Below are positions 54,008 to 64,000 of a DNA stretch of 64,000 nt, piece by piece. Source of the stretch: Octopus vulgaris (Eukaryota); NCBI GenBank assembly GCA_951406725.2, contig OX597814.1:154814001-154878000 (forward strand), read 5' to 3'. Position 1 is the first letter of the stretch, and each line of letters opens with the position of its first letter. The position numbers were made by a program, and so were the translations under genes. The notes under the pieces were generated by a model that saw only the letters and a list, made by a program, of their open reading frames with translations, was not told the DNA's origin and ran no database searches.

Positions 54008-54039
<32 letters not shown>

Positions 54040-54218
54040 TAAAATCTGAAGCAACCACCCATAGATAATGGTAAAATGTGAACTCCACCCCGCCTCACTC
54101 GTTCTAGCACAAAATATACTATTAACTGTTAGAAGTATGTTAAGATAAAGTAATTGCCTTGAAAATGCGTGTTATAATACACACTCACAGAAATACGCAC
54201 GTGCATTTACACATAGGA

Positions 54219-54322
<104 letters not shown>

Positions 54323-55710
54323 AAAATATACATTTATAAATTCTCAGTTAAACACAAACACAAAGGAAAGTATAGACGGTGAATTAACCGTGAGAATGTC
54401 AGACGAAATGTCTTGCGGTATCTGAGTTCGATTCCCGCTTGACGTTAACTATGTTTTTCATCTTCCCGGATTCGATAAAATACCCACTTAGTAATTTGAA
54501 TGGCAGAAATGTTTCAGCATCAAACGAGATGCTTTGCCCTATTTCTTCTGGTTCTTTACGTTCTTAGTTCAAATCTTGCCACGGCCTACTTGGGTGGTCG
54601 ACTTTCATACACATAGCTCTTGGATGCTTTTAAAGTAGTGTATCCTGCTGCAAGAACTTAGGACACGTTTCTGGTTTGAGGATTCCTCTTGCCTTCCTCC
54701 CGCTAGTTACATAAACCTCACAAAGGATCTCGCAGAGCCCTTCTAATTAGAGTGGTAATAATAAATATGTTGACTAAAACCTACAAAAACAACAACAAAT
54801 ATCTAAATAAAAAATACTACTCAGTTCGTTTATGGATATTATGGAAAATAATTTACTCTTTCCTTTGATCATAGCAATATAACCACTTTGCAGTATTTGT
54901 TCAGGCTATTAATCTTAACTACCAAGTTTATCTTTGCGTTTCAAATCCTTTCGAGGTTGACGAAATAAAGTAAGTTTTGGAACGATTTAATCCAATAACT
55001 CCGTTCAAATGCTAAAAGGGGAGATCGTTTTACTTTGTGAACAAGTTAGGAACAGTTATATTAATTTATTTCATGATAGTATTATATATATATTATTGTG
55101 ACTGACTGGCGTCCCGTCCAGGAGGGAATATGTACGCCAGAGAAACTGGCAGGCCGATCCTATGCTCCTTACGGAGTAATGTGGACTAACCATTATACAC
55201 ATATATAAATAGAATATAAAACTTTCCGTCACGGACATAATTGCTCAGTATCTTATTATTGTTATTTGATAATGAAATGGCTGAATGATTAAGATTTTAG
55301 GCTCTCTTGCCTTTTCACATTAAAGTAGCTGCAGACAGCTCACGATTTTAATCGATTTTCATGCTTTGTTCTATCACGGAGTATGAAAATCGATATGCTT
55401 CGTTTAACGAAACTGTCGGTAATGGCGTATCAAACCTTCCGTGAACGGTAGATTATTTTGGCGCCTTATTTATTGGCGCGAAATCCAATGGAAACATGCT
55501 CCTGTGCATGTGTTCTTTATTTTTTGTTTCATTCATTGGACAGCGGAGATGTTAAGACATCTTTATCGATGGATTTTTCAGTCTATTATATCGACTACAA
55601 TATTTTGCATAGACAAAGTAGATACATATCTGATGCTGATTTTGATCCCTATTTGATCGTATATAAGGTTTTATCGGCAAAGTCAAGCAGGGTACATTAT
55701 TCTGCCATCC

Positions 55711-55775
<65 letters not shown>

Positions 55776-56160
55776 GTACATGTATATATACATATATATA
55801 TGTATATTTATATATATATATATATATTAGGAAGGAAGTGGAAGAAAACAGAGAATGCCCGTTAGTCACGTGTGATCAACGAGAGAGTCAAGGAGGAAGA
55901 GTTAGAGAGAGAGAACGGCGAAGGGAAGAGGAGAAGAATAGGGAAAGGGTGGGAGGGAAACACAGAAAGGAAGAAAAACAAGAGAGGGAGATAGATAAAC
56001 AGAAAAGAGATAGAATAAGAGTGCGCATCGTAATTATTAAGAGAAAACTTACTTGGAAAAGGATGAGTGGCGTTCGATCATATAATAATATAAATAATAT
56101 ATGCATTTATGCATACATACATATATGCATATATACATATATGAATATATACGTATATGC

Positions 56161-56208
<48 letters not shown>

Positions 56209-57076
56209 GTACATACCTACACATATATGTATATATACATGCATATATGGGTACAGGACATTCAAAAACGTGGACAGAATGAGAAACGAGAACATAAAAA
56301 ACAAAAACATAGAAAATGAACTTATTTTCGAACAACGAAAAAAATAAACAAAGAAACATGACATGCAACATAAAGAACATTCCCTTCATCATTTTTCCCC
56401 TGTTTTATCTACTCCGCGATGTTTCGCGCACATTTATTCACCAAATTCGTTTGTAGGCTTTTCAGGCTCTGGAAGGAAAAAGTTCTTGCAAAGATGCCTG
56501 CTGTGCAGTGGAATTGCCTTATGAACTTTATAACTACACGGCCACGCCTGCAACCCGAGTCTAATAAGTAACAGTAAACATGCACTGAACTAGAAATCCT
56601 GTTTGCAATTGTTATTCAATAGAGCCATTTTGTCCCCATTTGCAGTCGATCGTTCAATATATATATATATATAAAGAGAAGAAACGCCTGTATGAAAGCT
56701 GTTAGCTTTGATGTTATTAGTACCCAATAAATCATGAATCATGTCAGCATGTGTATAGATAGCCCTTTGTGGAGTAAAGGTGAAATAACCGACCATTGCA
56801 TCGAGATCTAGCTTACGCGATAAGGTTACCTACTAGAAATAGCTGCCAACTCTCTTTTAACTTTTTTTAAAGAGAAGGACGTGAGATCTCGAACCGAAAA
56901 TGGAGTCTATATGATGTGACTCTGCGTGTTAAAAATAGTACACAAACCACCCTCAAAATCTCATACGCCACACTCTTAAAATGATAACGGGGACATCTTG
57001 GATGGAGTGATTCTAGATACACTGTATCAGAAAAACAGTTGAGACGGGTTGGTCACAACACAGATGTGCTTTGACC

Positions 57077-57475
57077 ATTTTATTGTATGGACCCCCAAAA
57101 ATCTTATATGGACTTTCAGGGGCCATATGGACCCTGGTTAAGAACAACTGGTCTAGACTAATATATTTCCAACTTCAAATTAAACGATGGCGTCTGCATG
57201 CATAACCGACTCTCTTAGGCACTCACCCTTCTAATTTAAGTCATTCCGTATCAGTCCATCACTCAAGGGTCTGAAGTTTTCTACACAATTCGATCATTGT
57301 TTAACCCATCTTGTATTTCGCTAAGGTTTTCTAGATAAACTAGGCGCAGGAGTGGCTGTGTGGTAAGTAGCTAGTTTACCTACCACATGGTTCCGGGTTC
57401 AGTCCCACTGCGTGGCATCTTGGGCAAGTGTCTTCTGCTATAGCCCCGGGCCGACCAATGCCTTGTGAGTGGATT
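57077..57475 (+). repeat. 399-bp near-identical copy of 58671-59069
   Basis: Direct repeat at offset 1594; one substitution seen (cgtggc vs cgtgac). Confidence 0.92.
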
Positions 57476-58086
57476 GATCAGAGCTGTTCTGAGGCTAAAC
57501 AATACCGACAAAAGGATGATATGTTGGAATAATATACTACTTACTTGATACACTATATAGAATAAAAATAGACAGGATCGTCACAGCTGGAACATCTTCG
57601 ATATTAGATGTGTTTGATCGACGATGTTTTGAAGTTTAACAGTAGCTAATTGCTTCTCTATCATTATGTCAGAAAATCAAAGAGATTAGTGCCAATACAG
57701 CAATCACAAGTTCCACTACATTTTACAAAAACGGATATGAAACAACTCAAGTAAAGATAACCATCACTTTTCAGCAAAAATGCATGTAAACTTGACGGAC
57801 GGGAAGCATATATCTAATGTGTCACCAGAAAGAAATTGCTAAGACATAATGAGACATACTACGTCTCTAATCGTCTGCCACATCTGAGGTGTGGAAACCT
57901 GACGGGTAACTATAGGAAAAACTTAAAACAAAAAATGAATATATATAGAAATATGAAAAAGAAAAGAGAGAGAAAAAGAAAAACAACAACAAAAAACAAA
58001 TAACAAGAAAAACTCGAGCTGAAACAAAGAATAATACAAACAGAAATTAAAGTCGGGAAATAACTTAACGTCAGGTTTATTTGGAA

Positions 58087-58127
<41 letters not shown>

Positions 58128-58286
58128 TTATATATATATACTTATATATATATATATATAATGTATATGTATGTATGTTTGTATATATATATTTGTGAGT
58201 TTATGTGTGTGTGTATGTGTGTTTGCGTGTATGAGTATGCATGAATTATCTATCTATGTATCTATATATCTGTGTGTGTTTATATG

Positions 58287-58332
<46 letters not shown>

Positions 58333-58526
58333 TATATATATATATATATATCCTGTTCGCAGCGTTAATTCTTTTTAACGGCGGTGCATCAGCATGGCCG
58401 CAGCTCTGAGCTGAAACTAGAGAAAAAAAATATATACATTATGAACCGCACATATTTAAAGTATACATGCATCGTGTATTTGCCGGTTGTCTACCTATGG
58501 CGTGCTGGAGAATACTCTCCCAAAGC

Positions 58527-58744
58527 ACCGGGTGTTAAACCTTAGAGTCATGGTCAGGCAAGATAACTCAGCTTCAATCTCATCTAGGAGTGATGGTCAT
58601 TTTCGTGGCTTGTCAACGTCACAAACCCGACAGGAGCCTTTGAAATACTATTGTGGACCCGCAATTTACTATTTTATTGTATGGACCCCCAAAAATCTTA
58701 TATGGACTTTCAGGGGCCATATGGACCCTGGTTAAGAACAACTG
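58527..58744. mobile_element. hAT-like MITE
   Basis: Ends ggaccctggttaagaacaactg with a degenerate left TIR. Confidence 0.45.
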
Positions 58745-58935
58745 GTCTAGACTAATATATTTCCAACTTCAAATTAAACGATGGCGTCTGCATGCATAAC
58801 CGACTCTCTTAGGCACTCACCCTTCTAATTTAAGTCATTCCGTATCAGTCCATCACTCAAGGGTCTGAAGTTTTCTACACAATTCGATCATTGTTTAACC
58901 CATCTTGTATTTCGCTAAGGTTTTCTAGATAAACT

Positions 58936-59318
58936 AGGCGCAGGAGTGGCTGTGTGGTAAGTAGCTAGTTTACCTACCACATGGTTCCGGGTTCAGTCCC
59001 ACTGCGTGACATCTTGGGCAAGTGTCTTCTGCTATAGCCCCGGGCCGACCAATGCCTTGTGAGTGGATTTTGTAGACGAAAACTGAAAGAAGCCTGTCGT
59101 ATATATATATATATGTATATGTATATGTGTGAGTATGTGTGTCTGAGAACCGATGCTGGTGTGTTTACGTCCCCGTCACTTAGCGGTTCGGCAAAAAGAG
59201 ACCGATAGAATAAGTACTGGGCTTACAAAAAGAATAAGTCCCGGGGTCGAGTTGCTCGACTAAAGGCGGTGCTCCAGCATGGCCGCAGTCAAATGACTGA
59301 AACAAGTAAAGAAAAAAA
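58936..59318 (+). mobile_element. SINE family B (tRNA head, CORE-like centre, CR1-LINE-like 3' tail)
   Basis: aggcgcaggagtggctgtgtggtaag...gggttcagtccc...cttgggcaagtgtcttc...ggcggtgctccagcatggccgcagtcaaatgactgaaac. Other copies: 28775-29157(+), 36950-37350(-), 57341-57475(+, partial), 63420-63610(+, 3' half). Confidence 0.85.
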
Positions 59319-60395
59319 CTCACTTCTCTACGATTATCTGGCACCAGTTGCTCTTCAGTTAACCACATGTAATTATTTTGTTAATGTTTGTCTAATATTG
59401 AAGTTACCTAAAATACCTTACCTCTATTCGAATGTATCATCATTCTCGCTGATTTCAATGCAAACAAATCGTTCTTGGTGCCAACACCAATCTGCAAGCG
59501 ATCAATAAAATCCTCTTAAGGTTACTCCTCTATCATCCTCACCGTCATTTACTACATATCATTTACAAAGTATCACAATTCCTTCGATCACTCAAATTTA
59601 GCAAGGAAACTGATCCTGATAGTGTCCATTCCATGTTCTTCAACTTTTATATTCTGTAGTTTGCATTTCATCAAGTTATTCGTTTCTCTTTTCACTCTCC
59701 ATACAAAGATCAATCTCAATATTTGAAAAAAAAAAATCAGAAACTTCAACTTCTTTGGCTCTGCCAACTAACAGTATATCGCCTTCATTCCCTGCCTCTC
59801 AATCATCTCATTTACCTCTCTAAATCTCATTCCACCCTAACTGATACCTATTATGGCTTCCGTAGAAGTTTAAAAAGTGGTGACTTACAGTCACATGTCA
59901 ATCACCAGTGATCTCTTGTACATAAGATTTTCGGCGAAAGTAATTTGTTGAACTCGATATCAACAAGACTTTCTACAGTGACTGGCCTGAACATTTTATA
60001 GCTAAGATGCCTGTTTATGGGATCTTTTATCTCTCTCATTTTTTGAATCAGACACTTTTTGTAAGGAAGTGATTTTCCTTGGTCCATATTCTGTTTAAAA
60101 CGTGCCTCATCTACTATTAGAAGGGGTAAATTTTATGATTAGTTAATTTGCTTCTTTTTATAGTGATGTTATATTAGATTTCGAAACTGAAATCATAAAA
60201 TTAGAACAACCATAAAATACCAAGGAAAAGATTAAATGAATAAAATGCAACACACGGACATACACAAAAATGAGAATTGTTTTCCTGAAGATTCAGACTG
60301 GCATTAAACCCCGAGGCCAAAGCTAATCGGTATAAATACCCTAATAGGTATACATATATGTCTATAGACATAAATACTGTAGATATTCTAAATTC

Positions 60396-60509
60396 TAGTG
60401 AAGCCTTAATGAATAATTTTTTATTATTGTTTAATTATTGGTAATTTTTAACTTTTACTATTTTTTACCTAATAACGTTTAATATTTTAATACATTTTGT
60501 GCAAACTTG

Positions 60510-60553
<44 letters not shown>

Positions 60554-61759
60554 TATAATATTTAAATTTACCGAGATGAATTTCTACATAAAAAATTCTA
60601 GAATTTATATAAAATGTAGAACGAAGGCAGAAAAGCAAGAAAGCTTTTAACAGCATTCGATAAACTTAGACAGATAGACACGCAATAAACAAATGCTTAA
60701 ACAATCTTATGCAAGTTCCAACCAAATGAAAGAAAACGACACTATCACAATAAGGAAGTGTTACAATAATAATAGATTCGATAATTTTGGATTAAGACGA
60801 ATCTATTTCAATCTTTATTCAACAATATAAACAAATTTAAACGGATTATTAAATATAATATCACCCCTTTAAAAGTTAAACTGAACAAACTAATTAGAGC
60901 AATAAAAGCACAAATAGGAGCCATTTATGTTCCCACTTGAAGGGAATTCAGCTCGACATATGCATCAGATACAATTCCTATTGGAAATACACATAACAGT
61001 CACGAGACTACATTAATACACAACCAAGAACCTCATAAAACAGAATACAAAATGCATTTGACGTAACCATAGACTAACACTAAATTTAGTCTTATCAAAA
61101 ACAAATTACTGTGATGTAAAATCACTGATGAGGTACTGATTACTAATGAGATTCGATTGCAAATATAGTAATTGTAACGTTCACAACTCCGTCTGTTATG
61201 CTGGCCATTCATGCACGACTTACTCTCGCTAGCCACCATGCTAGTGCAATTAACTTCACAAGATAATACAAGACAAAGCAAGGCAGAAAAATATGAATGA
61301 AATACACATCTACATACTATAGAATATCTCGCAAAAAAAGATGGTAAATAATTACATAAATATATTCAATAACGAACAAAGGATTGCTTTTGACTCAAAA
61401 GAAAAATTGATAGTAATGATGGTGGACAAACATATATTGATGTTCCTTTACGAACAGGCAAATCTTCCCTTGTGTTCGTGAATATGACCAATAATGCTTG
61501 CTACAACTTCATTAGCTATTGTGGCTTGGCAACATTATTGAATCTGTGGCGAACTGACTATTGTTGGTTTTAATTTCCCTTTCCTTTAAAATGTATTATA
61601 TTATTGTCATATTTCTCCTAAAATTTCAACGGCTCGCTTTCTGGACGGTGCAAACTTAATCTCTAATGTCCCACCGACATCTTGAAAGATGATGAAACAA
61701 CTTTGACTAGAAATCTTTTTGTAGAAATTCATCTCGGTAAATTTAAATATTGTACGATG

Positions 61760-61815
<56 letters not shown>

Positions 61816-61927
61816 AAGTTTGTGCAAAATGTATTAAAATATTAAACGCTATTAGTTAAAAAAGTAAAAGTTAATAATTACCAATAATTAAACAATAATA
61901 AAAAATTATTCATTAAGGCTTTCACTA
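60396..61927. repeat. ~210-bp inverted repeats (60396-60601 / 61707-61927) around 1.1 kb
   Basis: The arms are diverged reverse complements, each with (TA)n at the equivalent position. Confidence 0.8.
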
Positions 61928-62151
61928 AGACAGGTAACCTAAATTTCAATAATTTACCGAATTAAAAAAAATACCTGATATGAGAACAATTTTTCTGGAA
62001 TTGAAAATAGAGGTAAAATTAATGATTGTATAACTAATTTTAAACAGAGAAATTAAAATTGGCTCTTTTTCTGTTACTTAGGTTTATATATATTTATAAA
62101 TATTTATAAATAATAAATAAACCTAAATAAATAACTAAAAAGTGAATTTAC

Positions 62152-62783
62152 GCCTATATGCTGAAAATAGACGTCAAATACGCCCAGCCACAACAAACCT
62201 TCAATATATATACTCAGGTTGGAAGCGGGAAAGTAGACTGATTTAAAATTCAAAAATTATTCGGATAGTTTTGGATTGAGCAATTTCTGGATTAGTCTAA
62301 TAACTTTTTCTTCATCAGCAAAATATACTGAGCGAAATAAATGAAAATATTTATACATACCCACAGAAAAGCATGCGTAAAATGCGAGTACATATAAATA
62401 TTCACAAATATATGCGCATTGAATTTTCTTAGTCCACCTCAACACGTATTTATTTCGTCAGAATAGTACAGAAGTAAATTAACTAACCCGAAGTGAATGG
62501 GATACGTTTAAACATAATTAAAGGATAAAATCATTAAAATTAATGAACTTTATCAACGATCAGCATATAAAAAATAACCTTTTAGGTAAAATACATATAT
62601 AGAGATATATAATTGTATAGGATACAGTTAAACTTAAGGGCATAGAAGCTACTATACCTACATGCTAAAAATAGACGTCAAATACCTCCAGGCACTGCAA
62701 ATCTTCCATATATAGACACACAGGTTGAAAGCGGGAAAGTGGACTGATTGAAAATTCAAAAATAATTCAGATAGTTTTGGATT
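62152..62783 (+). repeat. ~125-bp diverged direct repeat (62152-62277, 62657-62783)
   Basis: aaaatagacgtcaaatac...gcgggaaagt...gatagttttggatt occurs twice. Confidence 0.8.
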
Positions 62784-62814
62784 CCAGAAATTGATCAATC
62801 CAAAACTATCATTC

Positions 62815-63328
62815 ATTTTCCAACACGGTCTCAGACTCAACACAGAGACCAACATCAAGTGCCTGGAGGAGATAGTGTTGCTCTGGGTCAAGAGGATGGC
62901 TGCTGGAAGACCCTTTGCCTGGCAACAAGACTGAGCACCATGTCACACGAGCAGAAGAATCCCGTCATGGCCGTCAGATAATTTCTGCAACTACATCATC
63001 TCTAACGCCTGGCCACCTAACTCTCTGCAAGCCAACTTGGGGCGTAGTTGAGCGAAAGACCAACAAAACTCCTTGTAACACCAAAGATGAACAGAAGGCA
63101 AGGATCATGGCAGCATTTATCAACTTAAACAAGTAGACCGCCCAGAAGAGTTGTAGGAGATTCCGAAGTCATCTGAAGGCCGTAGTTGAAACCAATGTCG
63201 ATTTTATTGAATAAATTTACTCGTAAGGATTTCCCTATATTTTAATGTAATTTTGGTACATATGTCTGATAAAAATTCATGTTGTTTTCATTTTTACGTA
63301 ATTTAGACGACACTTTATTCACTGGACC

Positions 63329-63332
<4 letters not shown>
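62815..63332 (+). mobile_element. Tc1/maT transposase 3' remnant with TIR end
   Basis: APCHTS, WPPNS, WGVVERKTNKTPCNTKDE..KARIMAAF, RFRSHLKAVVE; ends ggaccctgTA. Confidence 0.8.
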
Positions 63333-63400
<68 letters not shown>

Positions 63401-64000
63401 GTGTGTGTGTTTGAATGTATGTGTTTGTCGCTCCGCCATCGCTTGAGACCAATGTTAGTGTGTTTACGTCCTTAACTTAACGGCGGTGTTCGGCAAGAGA
63501 CCGTTAGGATAAGTACTAGGCTTACAAAGAATAAATCCTGGTTCGATTTGTTCGACTAAAGGCGGTGCTCCAGCAAGGCCGCAGTCAAATGACTGAAACA
63601 AATAAAAGAATATATATATATATATATATTATTTTCCTTAGTGATTGCACAGTGATCACTATAAGCTTTAAGTTTATATAAAAATACTATTATTATTATT
63701 ATTTACAGGATTGTAAAACACGGCGCCGTATAGACAAAATAATAAAAAAAGACCCATTCGCACCGAAAGCATATATATATATTGTTTCGCTACGGTGGGT
63801 GGTTGCTGCCTATAAACGCTTCGAGATGTTTCATGACGTAGGTCTCTTCTCTTCTTTAAAGCTCTCTTGATAGGTTATTATTTACTTTACTTACTTTTAT
63901 ATATTTGTTTCATGTAACACTCAGTCGCTTTGTTTGTTTTCCTATAAATCTTACATATCAGTTGGTGTTTCGTATTCGCTTCGTTATCTTCATCTTAATA

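Larger units (their letters stand above)
50244..54038 (+). mobile_element. CR1-group non-LTR retrotransposon (LINE), near full length, young copy; 5' boundary approximate
   Basis: Abrupt GC-richer block after (TTTA)n at ~50243; ORF1 + ORF2; short 3' UTR with a stem-loop; terminal (AATC)n at 54008-54038. No target-site duplication visible. Confidence 0.93.

Noticed and set aside
50236-54013. Antisense and alternate-frame ORFs over the LINE
   Set aside because: Shadows of the GC-richer ORF1/ORF2 with no motifs of their own.

Overview
AT-rich, microsatellite-dense animal genomic DNA. The SINE families and repeat landscape point to an octopus (coleoid cephalopod); this is inferred, not database-checked. 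No host protein-coding gene is recognisable, and almost all short ORFs in the track are microsatellite translations. The only long ORF is the endonuclease-reverse transcriptase ORF2 (1034 codons) of a young CR1-group LINE at about 50244-54038, which has a CCCH-finger ORF1. The rest is tRNA-derived SINEs, mariner/Tc1/hAT remnants, a tandem non-autonomous Helitron pair, RTE remnants and many short Penelope-like (PLE) fold-back elements. Main signals: (1) Seven to eight minimal type-I hammerhead ribozyme motifs. These include a 363-nt tandem retrozyme-like unit whose two hammerheads carry a compensatory U3:A8 core pair, and a direct-repeat-flanked tRNA-headed SINE carrying a hammerhead. (2) A candidate spliced non-coding minus-strand transcript with a pre-miRNA-like hairpin in one exon. 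(3) A LINE/SINE pair sharing a 3' tail whose stem-loop is kept despite sequence change. All structures were folded by eye; nothing was computed or searched.
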